A stretch of DNA of 64,000 nt from Methanoregulaceae archaeon (lineage in GTDB: Archaea; Halobacteriota; Methanomicrobia; Methanomicrobiales; Methanospirillaceae). This document shows, one piece after another, positions 1 to 10,099 of the stretch. Location: positions 38,511-102,510 of the forward strand of contig JAJFVA010000018.1 of NCBI GenBank assembly GCA_021371995.1. The letters run 5' to 3'. Under the pieces are notes generated by a model. The model did not search any database. It saw nothing but the letters and a program-made list of their open reading frames with translations, and had not been told where the DNA came from. Position 1 is the first letter of the stretch; each line of letters starts with the position of its first letter. Made by a program: the position numbers and the translations under genes.

Positions 1-632
1 CAGAGGAAGCCACGGCCACGCTGATTGTGGGTTGCCATGGGGACCTCGCGGAGGAATGCAGCTATCTTTTCATCTTCGATCTGGAGGTCTTTCATCACGT
101 AGAGTGCCCGCTCTTTCATGATATCCTGTGCACAGGGGCACGCGGTCATACCGGTCACTTCAGCGCCGATGCTCTTCCTCACGATAGGATCACGGAACGT
201 CCGCCGTGCAACTGCACGTGCATGCACCTGCACCACTTCATGGCAGCTGGTATGGGAGACCGGGGTTTCGCGCTTCACCATGAACTGGCTTCGCATCAGT
301 ACCTCGGTATTGTCCGCATATTCGTGACGATCAAGCAGTTTGCGTGCAACCACACTGCAGAGATCTTCGATCTCTTTTACGTCCCCGTCTATAGCCTGCT
401 GGAGCACCTCGTCGATTACTTCAAAATTTCTCGAAAGGTTCGCCCCTTTGAGGCTTCCCGGGAGATCCACAAAGACATCAAAATTGGAGATAAAAATGAC
501 CGGACGCTTTTCAGGCCGGGATACTTCCACCAGTTTCTTTACATTTTTTACGCCTACGCGGGTAAGATTGATACGCACCGCAGGGGTCGTTGACTGAATG
601 TCTGGCAACTCACGTTCATTCGTTCGACTCAT
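1..632 (-). CDS. mptA: GTP cyclohydrolase MptA (FolE2 / type IB family), partial; the C terminus lies beyond the left window edge
   Basis: Absent from the ORF track because there is no stop inside the window. My minus-strand translation from ATG 632..630 gives MSRTNERELPDIQSTTPAVRINLTRVGVKNVKKLVEV..FDVFVDLPGSLKGANLSRNFEVIDEV..TGMTACPCAQDIM..MATHNQRGRG. This shows the FolE2/MptA hallmarks LPDxQ, RVGV, LP..KG..SR, CPC and HNQR. The listed + ORF 27..593 is its antisense shadow. Confidence 0.75.
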   Translation of the reverse strand, partial: MSRTNERELPDIQSTTPAVRINLTRVGVKNVKKLVEVSRPEKRPVIFISNFDVFVDLPGSLKGANLSRNFEVIDEVLQQAIDGDVKEIEDLCSVVARKLLDRHEYADNTEVLMRSQFMVKRETPVSHTSCHEVVQVHARAVARRTFRDPIVRKSIGAEVTGMTACPCAQDIMKERALYVMKDLQIEDEKIAAFLREVPMATHNQRGRGFL

Positions 633-743
633 CAGTTTGTGAATACTGCATCGCTCCCACTCATTTGTCACTGATCGGGTGTGTGATGTAATTTTTTTAT
701 ATAATATTTAAGTGCTCTGTTAGCGATATCTGTGGGATGTTCC

Positions 744-1736
744 ATGATAAAAAAATACTATGAATCGGATGCCGATCTCTCGGCCTTCGATGGAAAGCGG
801 ATTGCGGTGATCGGGTACGGGTCACAGGGACGGGGTCAGGCACTCAATCTGAAAGACAGCGGGCTTGATGTGATCATCGGGCTCCGCCAGGGAAAGAGCT
901 GGGACCTTGCAAAAGCTGACGGTTTTAAGGTATACCCGGTATCCGAAGCGGTCAGGATGGCACAGGTCATCCAGATCCTGCTCCCTGATGAATCCCAGGG
1001 GGGAGTGTACAAAACCGAGATTAAGCCCCATATGTCTACCGGTAAATGCCTGATGTTCTCTCATGGTTTCAATATTCACTTCGGACAGATCGTGCCTCCT
1101 CCCGATGTCGATGTTATCATGGTCGCACCAAAGGGTCCCGGAGCACTGGTGCGAAGGATGTACGAGGAAGGAAAGGGCGTCCCAGCCCTGATCGCAATCC
1201 ACCAGAATCATTCCGGCAATGCCCATGCACTTGCACTCGGATATGCGAAAGGGATTGGAGCGACGCGGGCTGTAGTACTTGAGACAAGCTTCCGCGAAGA
1301 GACAGAGACCGATCTCTTCGGTGAACAGGCAGTCCTCTGCGGCGGGATGACTTCACTGATAAAGGCAGGGTTCGAGACCCTCGTTGAGGCCGGATACGCC
1401 CCCGAAATGGCGTATCTTGAGGTGCTTCACGAGACCAAGCTGATCGTTGATCTCATCTACGAGGGCGGTTTTACCAAAATGCGGAATTCGATCTCAAACA
1501 CCGCCCAATACGGGGATCTCACACGCGGACCCCGGGTTATCGGCCCGGAGGTCTACCTCGCAATGCAGGAGATCCTGCGTGAGATCCAGACCGGGGAGTT
1601 TGCCCGTGAGTGGATGCTCGAGAACATGGTCAACCGGCCGGTGTTCAATGCCCTGACAAGGGAGGACGAGGAGCACCTGGTGGAAGAGATTGGAAAGGAA
1701 GTCCGTTCTTTGATGCCCCAGTTCCAGAAGAAATAA
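744..1736 (+). CDS. ilvC: ketol-acid reductoisomerase (class I)
   Basis: ORF 732..1736. It has the [17 protein letters not shown] Rossmann motif and class I length of about 330 aa. ATG at 744 ([12 protein letters not shown]) is preferred over GTG at 732. Confidence 0.95.
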   Translation: MIKKYYESDADLSAFDGKRIAVIGYGSQGRGQALNLKDSGLDVIIGLRQGKSWDLAKADGFKVYPVSEAVRMAQVIQILLPDESQGGVYKTEIKPHMSTGKCLMFSHGFNIHFGQIVPPPDVDVIMVAPKGPGALVRRMYEEGKGVPALIAIHQNHSGNAHALALGYAKGIGATRAVVLETSFREETETDLFGEQAVLCGGMTSLIKAGFETLVEAGYAPEMAYLEVLHETKLIVDLIYEGGFTKMRNSISNTAQYGDLTRGPRVIGPEVYLAMQEILREIQTGEFAREWMLENMVNRPVFNALTREDEEHLVEEIGKEVRSLMPQFQKK

Positions 1737-1759
1737 TCTTCTGACCCCTTCGCCACCTA

Positions 1760-1766
1760 TTTTTTT
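1760..1766 (+). terminator. oligo-T run just downstream of the ilvC stop (archaeal-type terminator)
   Basis: Seven consecutive T about 25 nt after the ilvC stop, followed by an A run that could serve the opposite strand. Confidence 0.35.
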
Positions 1767-2085
1767 AAAAAATTACTGACACGACCAACTATTCGAATCC
1801 GTAAAGGAATATCCCAGAAAAAGGATCAATCTCACACACTCATGAACCCTGACCGGAATAATGTTGTTAAAGAACATCTCCCCTTTCAAAAACATGGCTT
1901 TTTGGTAAAAGGTCTGGCGGAATAAATCTCATCTGGTATAACGGTGAAGGGGAGGCTCATTTGAATGGACTAGTCCCTGCTGAATTTCGGGAAAACAGAA
2001 CTCCCATTCCGGCCTGATCAGTTCTGACTGCCCGGGCTCTCCTGCAAATCAGGATCTCTTCCCATCATTCAAAGGAGAGAAAGAG

Positions 2086-4164
2086 TCAGCCGAGCATAGT
2101 GCGGGTAAACGAGGAAAGGGCACGGTCCACCTGGTCTTTTGAGAGCCTTACCTGTCCCCCGTTATATTGGATTTCGAGTCCTCCGGAAATCACCTCTCCA
2201 ATCGTCCTGCAGCTTAGTCCACGGAGTGAGGATTCATCATGGTAAGCAATCAGGAACCGGCCGCAGGTCTCTGAAAAGAGTGCGGGAAGTACAGGGTCCC
2301 CGAGTTCCACCCTGGCTCCGGGTACAAATGTTGCAAGTGCAGCAGCAAGACCTCCCTGGGAAATATCTGTCACCGCAACACTCCCGTCTGAGGCATTGAG
2401 CGACCGGATTGATTCGAGGGTAGCAGGGTCTGCTTTCGGGGGGGGAGATCCGCCACAGGAGACAACAGCATCAAGAACCGATCCGCCGAAGTGGTCACCT
2501 GCCTCCCCGGAGATTGCAAGACCCATCCCCGGTTCCGGTTTTACCGGATGTGTAACGGAGACACGGCCGACCATCCCGATAGAAGGGGTGGGCTTTATCC
2601 TGGTTCGCATTTCATCGCTCTCGTTATAGAGTGAAACATTGCCTCCTACTACCGGGACCCCGATTGCCCGGGCCATATCTCCCATTCCCCGGACGCTCTC
2701 GGATAGCTGCCAGTAGATATCAGCATGAACCGGGCTTGCAAAATTCAGGCAGTTAACAATGCAAAGAGGATCGGCTCCGATGCATGCAAGGTTTGCCGCG
2801 TTCTCATATACCGCATTTGCCGCACCATCATAGGGTGATAAGTAAATCTGCCTGGGGTTACATCCGCACGAGAATGCAAGGCCCTCTCTCTCTCCCTCAA
2901 GCCGTAAAACAGCAGCATCAGGATGAAGAGAGACCGTCCTTACCTGCACATCATGGTCATACTGCTCGATCACCCAGGTCTTATGGGCTACTTCATGGTG
3001 CGACAATACCTTCATCAGGAGGTCATCAAGTGATCCCTCGGGAGGTGTAAATGGTGTCACTGCATTATAAGGCCGAATCTCCCAAAGGCATTCCGGAGCA
3101 TCACCACACAGGAACCCAATCGGAATATCAGCAACCGTCTTTCCATGGAACTTCACGATATACCGTGGTTCAGCGATCACCTCCCCTATATCGCTCCATT
3201 TCAGGTCATACTTTTCAGCGATGCGCCCCATCAGGGGGACATCGTGGGGTGCTACCTCGATAAGCATCCGCTCCTGGGACTCAGCAAGCATGATCTCGAC
3301 CGGCCGCATGTTGGGTTCACGCTGGTGCACCTGGTCAGCATTGATAAGGCCGCCAAATGTGCTGCACATCTCGCTTGAGGCACCGGCAAGCCCTGCGGCC
3401 CCGAGGTCACGGCAGGAGAAGACTTTTCCTGTTTCCGCCATCCCGAGAATTGCCTCAATAAGGAGCTTTTCAGTGAACGGATCCCCAATCTGGACACTCG
3501 GCCGGTCCTCTGCCTCTGAATCCTCGGATAAGTCCCGGGAGGCAAATGATGCCCCGCCAAGGCCATCGCGCCCGGTCGAGGCCCCGATAAGGACCAGATG
3601 GTTTCCAGGCTGTTTTACCCGCGCAGTGATGTACCTGCCAGGATGCACGATGCCGACGCAGACTACGTTCACCAGCGGGTTCCCGTTATAACCCCAGTCA
3701 AAGGCAAGATCTCCCCTGATGACCGGGACTCCGATGCAATTCCCGTATCCCCCGATCCCGTCCACCACATGTTCAAGGAGATACCGGTTCTTTTCCCTGT
3801 CAAGCGGACCGAAGTAAAGCGGATCCATCAGGGCAATCGGTCGTGCCCCCATGGAAAGAACATCCCGCACAATTCCTCCCACTCCGGTTGCTGCGCCATC
3901 ATGCGGATCGACATAACTTGGGTGATTATGGCTCTCCATCGATACCGCAAGCGCTGTCTGATCGCTGAAACGGACAATCGCAGCGTCATCGCCAGGGCCG
4001 AGGATGACGTTTTCACCGGTAGTAGGGAGCGTTTTCAGGAGACGCTTTGTGGAGCGGTAACTGCAGTGTTCACTCCAGAGATTTTCAAAGCAGGCAAGTT
4101 CGACATCAGTTGGTTCCCGATTGAGTGTAGTCCTGATAGTGGTAAGATCCGCGGCCGACAGCAT
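2086..4164 (-). CDS. purL: phosphoribosylformylglycinamidine synthase II
   Basis: 692-aa ORF. The N terminus ..[19 protein letters not shown].. and the duplicated AIR-synthase-like domains are typical of small-type PurL. Confidence 0.95.
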   Translation of the reverse strand: MLSAADLTTIRTTLNREPTDVELACFENLWSEHCSYRSTKRLLKTLPTTGENVILGPGDDAAIVRFSDQTALAVSMESHNHPSYVDPHDGAATGVGGIVRDVLSMGARPIALMDPLYFGPLDREKNRYLLEHVVDGIGGYGNCIGVPVIRGDLAFDWGYNGNPLVNVVCVGIVHPGRYITARVKQPGNHLVLIGASTGRDGLGGASFASRDLSEDSEAEDRPSVQIGDPFTEKLLIEAILGMAETGKVFSCRDLGAAGLAGASSEMCSTFGGLINADQVHQREPNMRPVEIMLAESQERMLIEVAPHDVPLMGRIAEKYDLKWSDIGEVIAEPRYIVKFHGKTVADIPIGFLCGDAPECLWEIRPYNAVTPFTPPEGSLDDLLMKVLSHHEVAHKTWVIEQYDHDVQVRTVSLHPDAAVLRLEGEREGLAFSCGCNPRQIYLSPYDGAANAVYENAANLACIGADPLCIVNCLNFASPVHADIYWQLSESVRGMGDMARAIGVPVVGGNVSLYNESDEMRTRIKPTPSIGMVGRVSVTHPVKPEPGMGLAISGEAGDHFGGSVLDAVVSCGGSPPPKADPATLESIRSLNASDGSVAVTDISQGGLAAALATFVPGARVELGDPVLPALFSETCGRFLIAYHDESSLRGLSCRTIGEVISGGLEIQYNGGQVRLSKDQVDRALSSFTRTMLG

Positions 4165-4258
4165 AGTGGTAAGAAAGCTCTCTCTCTGAACCCTTAAATT
4201 TCCATCGCGAAGGGATGGATGGTGGGGTATTTAGGGGGCAGGGGGGAATATATAGAGC

Positions 4259-4870
4259 ATGGTCGATCCGTACGAGGCACTCCTCAAAAAAGCATATGCG
4301 AATGTGACCGAGCAGAGTGAGTCCACTGACCGGTTCATCGTACCGGAGGCAAAAGTCTACATCGAAGGAAAAACGACGATTCTTGAGAATTTTGCAGAGA
4401 TTGCCGACGTGGTACGACGGGATCAGGACCATCTCATGAAGTACCTGCTCGGTGAGCTGGGCACGGCAGGAAAGATTGACGGGACACGGGCTATCTTCAA
4501 CGGGAAGTTCGAATCGTCCCTGATCAACGGACTTGTCAAAGGTTACGTCGATGACTATGTCATCTGTTCAGAATGCGGGAAGCCTGACACCCGCCTTGTA
4601 AAAGATGACCGCGTGCTTCTCCTCCGCTGCGATGCCTGTGGCGGGCACCGGCCGGTGCGCAAAAGGAAAGCCCGTTCAGAGCCGGTCGGCAGCGATCTCC
4701 AGGAAGGACAGGAACTTGATGTTGAGGTCCAGTCAGTCAGTAAACGTGGAGATGGTGTGGTGAGGATGGGCCGGTACATCATGTATATCCCGAGAGGAAA
4801 ACCGGGGCAGAAGGTAAAAATACGGATCACCCGGATATCGGGCTCAATTGTCTTTACAGAACAGATATAA
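4259..4870 (+). CDS. eif2b: translation initiation factor aIF2 beta subunit with a C-terminal TRAM-like extension
   Basis: 203 aa. The aIF2-beta core has a C4 zinc knuckle ([14 protein letters not shown]). A basic linker follows, then about 58 aa with a TRAM pattern ([37 protein letters not shown]). Confidence 0.85.
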   Translation: MVDPYEALLKKAYANVTEQSESTDRFIVPEAKVYIEGKTTILENFAEIADVVRRDQDHLMKYLLGELGTAGKIDGTRAIFNGKFESSLINGLVKGYVDDYVICSECGKPDTRLVKDDRVLLLRCDACGGHRPVRKRKARSEPVGSDLQEGQELDVEVQSVSKRGDGVVRMGRYIMYIPRGKPGQKVKIRITRISGSIVFTEQI

Positions 4871-4893
4871 GAAATTTTTTAGAGGTATTGATT

Positions 4894-5175
4894 TTATTTT
4901 TCCGGCATTTTCTCCAGCAACTCGGTGCAGTATCCGGACAGGCGTGTACAGGCATCCTTTATCGCAGCAAGGGGATCACGCCTCCCTTTTGTGGTGACCA
5001 GCAGTTCGGGGTCTGAGAACTGGAATTTTATCAGATATCGTGCGACATCAACCCCGGGATCCGTCAGAATTTCCTCGGTAAGGGCATTCATGAACGTATG
5101 TCCCTCTCCGGAAATGATCAGGCGGGCCTTGTTCTTCTCAAGCTCAAGAATTTTGATGTTCATCCCACCTATCAT
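4894..5175 (-). CDS. rpoL: DNA-directed RNA polymerase subunit L (Rpo11)
   Basis: 93 aa: NIKILELEKNKARLIISGEGHTFMNAL..DPGV..A.Y.I.H. The start may be the internal M5. Confidence 0.9.
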   Translation of the reverse strand: MIGGMNIKILELEKNKARLIISGEGHTFMNALTEEILTDPGVDVARYLIKFQFSDPELLVTTKGRRDPLAAIKDACTRLSGYCTELLEKMPEK

Positions 5176-5275
5176 TGAGAGATGAACTGGTATATAGATA
5201 TGCGTGGATACACGAGTGAAGATACAGGAATCGGGAGCTCTTCAATATTTCACAATTCTGCCCTCTGAAATTCTC

Positions 5276-5995
5276 TTAAAAGCAGAACGTCTCTCCATCT
5301 TTGCCAATATTGGGGAGATCCCAGGGAATGTTATGGCTCATGTGAACACACCTGAAATCCTTCACTTCCAAAGCGGCAGAAAGGGTACAGGCATCATGGT
5401 AATTCATGTGCTTATCGATATGGATCGATGGAGGGACGAGCGCATCTACAAAGAGGAGGTCTGCACCAGAGAAGAGTGAGAGGCTTTCTGCAGGAATATT
5501 GGCATTGGTATCAGAAGTAAATGCGATTTTTACCTTGCCATACGTAAGAACAAGACCATAGGTTTCGGCGGGCGGATGGTTGACCGGGACCAGTGTCAGT
5601 CCGAGTCCGAAGAGGTCGAAAGTGCAGAACGGTTCTGCAGCATGCCGGGGGAATCTGAGGAAACGAAAGATCTCCCCGCAATACTCCAGGACCCGAGGGG
5701 CTGAATAGACCACAGGCATCACCTGGACACGGTAGAATTCTCCAAACCCCATGAAATGATCATAATGGCCGTGTGTCCAGATCACTGCGTCAATATGAGG
5801 GGATCCGTGTGCAAGCAGCTGCTGCCTGAGGTCGGGAGAGGTATCGATCAGGATAGTCCTGTCTTCATGTTCGATTAAAAAGGAGGTCCGCAACCGCTGG
5901 ATTCCCTGGCGGAGCGCATAAGAACACCGGGGACAGGAACACCCGACCTTTGGTGTTCCGATGGCATCTCCGGTCCCCAGCACTGTGACTTTCAT
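5276..5995 (-). CDS. MBL-fold metallo-hydrolase (PhnP/COG1235-like)
   Basis: ORF 5276..6091 trimmed to the internal ATG (MKVTVLGTGDAIGTP). The longer form would overlap the upstream gene, which stops at 5997. The HxHxDH motif is present as THGHYDH. Confidence 0.8.
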   Translation of the reverse strand: MKVTVLGTGDAIGTPKVGCSCPRCSYALRQGIQRLRTSFLIEHEDRTILIDTSPDLRQQLLAHGSPHIDAVIWTHGHYDHFMGFGEFYRVQVMPVVYSAPRVLEYCGEIFRFLRFPRHAAEPFCTFDLFGLGLTLVPVNHPPAETYGLVLTYGKVKIAFTSDTNANIPAESLSLFSGADLLFVDALVPPSIHIDKHMNYHDACTLSAALEVKDFRCVHMSHNIPWDLPNIGKDGETFCF

Positions 5996-5996
5996 C

Positions 5997-7271
5997 CTAT
6001 AACCAGTTCTGGCGGCGGATTGCACCCCTGTTGCTGACGAGGATGATCCCGAGTTCGATGTCACTGTCAGTGATCTGGGATCTCCCATCAATCAGGGCGG
6101 AGAGGAGGGCTTCCTTGACCATGATCCGAAGGTCTGCACCAGAGAATCCTTCTGTATGATCAGCAAGCATTCCGTAATCGCAGTGGCATTCGATTGATGC
6201 AGTGATGTTTTTAAGGATCTGGATACGCATCTCCCTGTCGGGAAGCGCAAACTCCACAATCTCGTCAAACCTCCTCCAGGCAGCCTCATCGAGCAGCTGG
6301 GGATGGTTTGTTGCACCGATCAGGAGGACCCCGTTTCTGATGAGACTGATCCGGTCAATGTTTTTCAGGAGTAAATTCACCGCCCGCTTCATTGCACCAT
6401 GGTCATCGGTGACCCTGCTCTTTGCCACGAAATCGAATTCGTCAATGAATAAAATGCAGGGGGCAAGTTTCTTTGCAAAATCAAAGATCCTGTCGATATT
6501 TTTTGAGGTTTCGCCAAGATACTGAGAGGTGACCATGGACAGGCGCACTTCGATAAGCGGAAGATGCATCTCACGGGAAAGCCCGAGAGCAAGGCTGGTC
6601 TTGCCCGTGCCTGGAGGCCCTACGAACAGGAGTTTTCCCACTTCATGTATACCATGTTTCTGAAGGGTCTCTCGGTGCTCCCGGGCGGTCCTGATCTTGC
6701 TGATAATCCTCCGCTGCTCTTCAGTGCAGACAATATCCTCAAATTTCTGTTCGACCTCATCGGGGGCGCTGACGATAACAAGATCGAGTCCCGACCTGAG
6801 GGATTCATCCGTTGACAGGATCGTGGCTACCTTCTTATCAAGAAATGCCCGCGTGTCCTCATACATCGGATTTGCTGCCCGGACTTCTTTGTAAGACAGT
6901 TCGGGTGTATCCAGGGTTCCAAGATAGAATGCCAGTGCCGGGTTCCTGCCTGCCAGATCAATCCCTCCCTTCCTCACAAACCATCGTGCTGCTGCTTCAA
7001 GGCTTGTGACATGGATACGCTGGCCGAAATCATCACAGGTGATTACCGGGGTTTTTGAGAGTTTTGAACAGGCATCCGGTATCCCGAGACTCCGCTTGAT
7101 CATGCCTTCGCTGACAGAAAGGGGGCGCTTTACCTCTCCTTCACCGTTAACACCAAACAAAACCCGGCATTCCGGAGTAAGATCATCCATGTCAAGGTTA
7201 TTGTGCTGGTTGAAGATCTCCGCGGTGAGGGCCACCTCAAGGAGCTTTAATGTCTCATCCTCTGGGGACAT
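5997..7271 (-). CDS. AAA+ ATPase with a single classic AAA domain and an unassigned N-terminal domain of about 190 aa
   Basis: 424 aa. Walker A is GPPGTGKTS, Walker B is ILFIDEFD, and the second region of homology is ATNHPQLLDEAAWRRF. Confidence 0.85.
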   Translation of the reverse strand: MSPEDETLKLLEVALTAEIFNQHNNLDMDDLTPECRVLFGVNGEGEVKRPLSVSEGMIKRSLGIPDACSKLSKTPVITCDDFGQRIHVTSLEAAARWFVRKGGIDLAGRNPALAFYLGTLDTPELSYKEVRAANPMYEDTRAFLDKKVATILSTDESLRSGLDLVIVSAPDEVEQKFEDIVCTEEQRRIISKIRTAREHRETLQKHGIHEVGKLLFVGPPGTGKTSLALGLSREMHLPLIEVRLSMVTSQYLGETSKNIDRIFDFAKKLAPCILFIDEFDFVAKSRVTDDHGAMKRAVNLLLKNIDRISLIRNGVLLIGATNHPQLLDEAAWRRFDEIVEFALPDREMRIQILKNITASIECHCDYGMLADHTEGFSGADLRIMVKEALLSALIDGRSQITDSDIELGIILVSNRGAIRRQNWL

Positions 7272-7315
7272 CTCTGTAACTTATGTTATTTGTACCGGGC
7301 TTCCATAAGCATATC

Positions 7316-8197
7316 TCAAGCAGTCGTCACGATACAGCCATCACTGGTGACAATGATTGTGTGCTCGTGCTGCGAAACCCTGGAGCCGGGAACATCAGAG
7401 AGGACGGGATAGGAACGCACAATCCCCTGGTTGATCAGGCTTGCAAGCGCGATATCCTGCTTCCCGTTTGTGATCCAGCGGCGGGCAAAAGGCATTCCAT
7501 GCCGGTTCCTGACTGAATCGAGCACTTTACGTGCAGAAGGCAGTCTCACCGGCTTGACAGCGGTCTGCTGGAATATCTCTGCGCGGTTCTTTTCGCTGAC
7601 CCTGCCGGAACCTGTACTCGCAAACGGCTCGATAGCAAAAACCATCCCCTCCTCAAGCCTCGCCCCTCCCGGAAACGATATGTTCGGGATGCTTGGCGGG
7701 GTATGGATGGAATAACGGGCGAGTCCGTGACCGGTGAGGTTTGTAATAGGGCGGAACCCTCGTGCCTCTATCTCCCGCTGAATCGCTCCCCCGATGGCTC
7801 CGGACGTAACACCGGGTCTCACGATCTCAATTGCCTTTTCAAGTGCGGTCATTGAAGCTTCAAGGAGCAGCCCGTGATTTCCGAGGTCTACGGTCACGGC
7901 GGTATCCGCGATATACCCTTCCAGGTGCACTCCCAGGTCCAGCTTGACTACGTCACCCTCGGAAAAAATCCGTTGCTCATCGGGTGATGCGGTATCATGC
8001 GCGGCATCCTCGTTAAACGATAGGTTCAGGGGAAATGCAAGCCCTGCCCCTTTCTCCTCTACCATTCGCTCAATGGATTCGACGACATTAATAACAGGGT
8101 TCCCTTCCCTGATCATGGAAGTTCCCCTTTTCATCACTGAAGATGCGATCTTCCCTGCATCGCAGTAATATGCCAGAACATCATCATCAGGCATCAT
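7316..8197 (-). CDS. map: methionine aminopeptidase, type 2 (archaeal)
   Basis: 293 aa with an M24 pita-bread fold. The metal-ligand context DVVKLDLGVHLEGYIADTA is typical of archaeal MetAP. Confidence 0.9.
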   Translation of the reverse strand: MMPDDDVLAYYCDAGKIASSVMKRGTSMIREGNPVINVVESIERMVEEKGAGLAFPLNLSFNEDAAHDTASPDEQRIFSEGDVVKLDLGVHLEGYIADTAVTVDLGNHGLLLEASMTALEKAIEIVRPGVTSGAIGGAIQREIEARGFRPITNLTGHGLARYSIHTPPSIPNISFPGGARLEEGMVFAIEPFASTGSGRVSEKNRAEIFQQTAVKPVRLPSARKVLDSVRNRHGMPFARRWITNGKQDIALASLINQGIVRSYPVLSDVPGSRVSQHEHTIIVTSDGCIVTTA

Positions 8198-9333
8198 ACT
8201 CCCACGACCAGCTCCCTTGGGAATGAGGTAATGCAGCGGAATCCTGTCCGGGTAACAACCCCGATATTCTCAAGCCTTACCCCCCCTGTCTTCTCATAGT
8301 AGAGTCCGGGTTCATTAGTGACCACATTCCCCTGTTTGAGCGGACCCCCTCCGGGTCCGAGAGAAGGCAGTTCGTGCACTTCAAGTCCTACCCCATGCCC
8401 GAGATTGTGGGTGAAACCCTCTGACCCTGTCCGGTATCCCCGGCTGAAAAAAAGGTCGACGACAGCTTGGTATACCTCCTGCCCGCTTATCCCTGGTTTT
8501 ATCATCGATGCTGCAAGGTCCTGTGCTGCTTTTACCGCATCATACATCTCTCTGATTTCAGGTGCAGGTTCCCCCTTCACGACACTTCTTGTCATATCAG
8601 AATAATAGCCTGTGCGTTCATCGCATGGAAAGATATCGATCACAACAGGTTCCCCTTCGTAAAGCGGCCCGCTTCCCCGATTATGTGGCGCTGCGGTATC
8701 TCTTCCACAGGAGACAATTGTATCCTTTGCAAGGCAGCCCTGCTGCATCAGGATGAAGTGCATTTCGGAACGAATGCGTTCCGATGTAAGAGGTTTTCCA
8801 TCAAGCCAGAGCACGCCTTTCCCTGGTCTGGACCTTCGGATACATCCGATCGCATGCGCCATTGCCTTGCCTGCTGAGCGCTGGACCCTCCCGATAGAGG
8901 CTACCTCTGCCCGGGACTTTTTCGCCCGCATCGAGGCGATGGTCCCGGTGTCAGTGATCACCCCGGTAAGCATATCAAGGTGGTATCCAAGGGCATAAGG
9001 AAGATCCGGGGGCACAAGGATCTTTCCTCCTGCATGATCCGCAACCATCCTTGCCAGAGCCCGCCACCGGTCCCTCTCTTCTTCATATATCCGGAGGAGC
9101 CCTGCGTCTGCCCTTGTCATGACACCAGTGGCTGCTTCGTGTAGTGCACGTCCATATTCCATCTGGGAGACGATGATATATCCGCGCTCCCCGATTTTTC
9201 GTATATATACGACAGGGTCGGTGGTGATGAAACGGGTGAGATACCGCATGTCAGCATAATCGGAAGATCCGACCATCATATACGCTGAGGCGCCGTTCTT
9301 TTTCAATACCCGATCGAGCGCGTCCATATCCAT
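8194..9333 (-). CDS. M24-family Xaa-Pro aminopeptidase/dipeptidase
   Basis: 379 aa with the C-terminal motif HNLGHGVGLEVHELP..EPG.Y. It overlaps map by 4 nt, consistent with an operon. Confidence 0.85.
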   Translation of the reverse strand: MDMDALDRVLKKNGASAYMMVGSSDYADMRYLTRFITTDPVVYIRKIGERGYIIVSQMEYGRALHEAATGVMTRADAGLLRIYEEERDRWRALARMVADHAGGKILVPPDLPYALGYHLDMLTGVITDTGTIASMRAKKSRAEVASIGRVQRSAGKAMAHAIGCIRRSRPGKGVLWLDGKPLTSERIRSEMHFILMQQGCLAKDTIVSCGRDTAAPHNRGSGPLYEGEPVVIDIFPCDERTGYYSDMTRSVVKGEPAPEIREMYDAVKAAQDLAASMIKPGISGQEVYQAVVDLFFSRGYRTGSEGFTHNLGHGVGLEVHELPSLGPGGGPLKQGNVVTNEPGLYYEKTGGVRLENIGVVTRTGFRCITSFPRELVVGV

Positions 9334-9386
9334 CAGTTTGGAGGCCGGACCACAAGTAGTTTTATCATAAAAACTATGTATGAATA

Positions 9387-9614
9387 ATGGACCTGGCGAC
9401 GAAAGAGCGATTCAAATGGAAATTTTACCGTCTTACGGTGATGCTGAATGTCATAATTCTCCTCGTTGCTATTGCGGTAATCGCCCTTCTCAGGGCACCG
9501 GAAGAATACCGGCTCCCAGCATTTCTCCTTCTCGTTTCCTTCGCTGCTTTTTTTTCAGTCTATTTCTGGCGTCAGTATCAGAGCACCCGGGAGTGGTTAC
9601 ACAACCAGGAGTAG
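9387..9614 (+). CDS. small membrane protein with two predicted TM helices, function unknown
   Basis: 75-aa ORF with two hydrophobic stretches (LTVMLNVIILLVAIAVIALL and AFLLLVSFAAFFSVYFW). No family was recognised. Confidence 0.4.
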   Translation: MDLATKERFKWKFYRLTVMLNVIILLVAIAVIALLRAPEEYRLPAFLLLVSFAAFFSVYFWRQYQSTREWLHNQE

Positions 9615-9656
9615 CAGTTTTAGAGAAGAGCACGGATTCTGACCAGTCATGAGGTT

Positions 9657-9950
9657 GTGATGATCGAGAAGGTGAAAAGTGAAATCGAGCTGATGCAGCG
9701 GCATATCGAAGTTCTGCGGACAGTTGTCGGACACGAGCCTATCGGCATCATGAAGCTCTCTGAAGTGCTCGATCTTCCCTTCCACCGGATCCGGTATTCG
9801 CTCCGCGTGCTGGAGCAGATGGGGTATATACGGGCCTCATCCTCCGGTGCAGTGGCTACCAGGCTTGCTTCGGACCTGCTCGAACACCTCGATAAAGAGA
9901 TCGATGAAATGATAGCGCTCCTCGATGGTATGAAAAAACCGCCTTCCTGA
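9657..9950 (+). CDS. small winged-helix transcriptional regulator (COG3388-like)
   Basis: 97 aa with an HTH-like segment (IGIMKLSEVLDLPFHRIRYSLRVLEQMGYI). Confidence 0.6.
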   Translation: MMIEKVKSEIELMQRHIEVLRTVVGHEPIGIMKLSEVLDLPFHRIRYSLRVLEQMGYIRASSSGAVATRLASDLLEHLDKEIDEMIALLDGMKKPPS

Positions 9951-10017
9951 CCTTTTCAGGGAGGTAACGCTACTTTTAAAAGTATTTAGAAAGAATGTAT
10001 TAAGGCACAGTATTTGT

Positions 10018-10090
10018 GCCGCCATAACTCAGTTGGTAGAGTGGCTGGCTGTTAACCAGCATGTCACAGGTTCGAGTCCTGTTGGCGGCG
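10018..10090 (+). tRNA. tRNA-Asn (GTT)
   Basis: Hand-folded cloverleaf. Acceptor GCCGCCA/TGGCGGC, anticodon arm GCTGG-CTGTTAA-CCAGC, T loop GGTTCGAGTCC. Confidence 0.9.
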
Positions 10091-10099
10091 CTTCAACCC

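Noticed and set aside
27-593. A 188-aa + strand ORF at the left edge.
   Set aside because: It is antisense to the real gene. The minus strand encodes an unmistakable MptA/FolE2 N terminus that runs off the window, which is why the ORF track did not list it.
1967-1976. GGACTAGTCC is shared between the ilvC-purL gap and the 5' end of the SRP RNA (11413-11422).
   Set aside because: This is a short self-complementary 10-mer, the similarity does not extend beyond it, and it is most likely coincidence.
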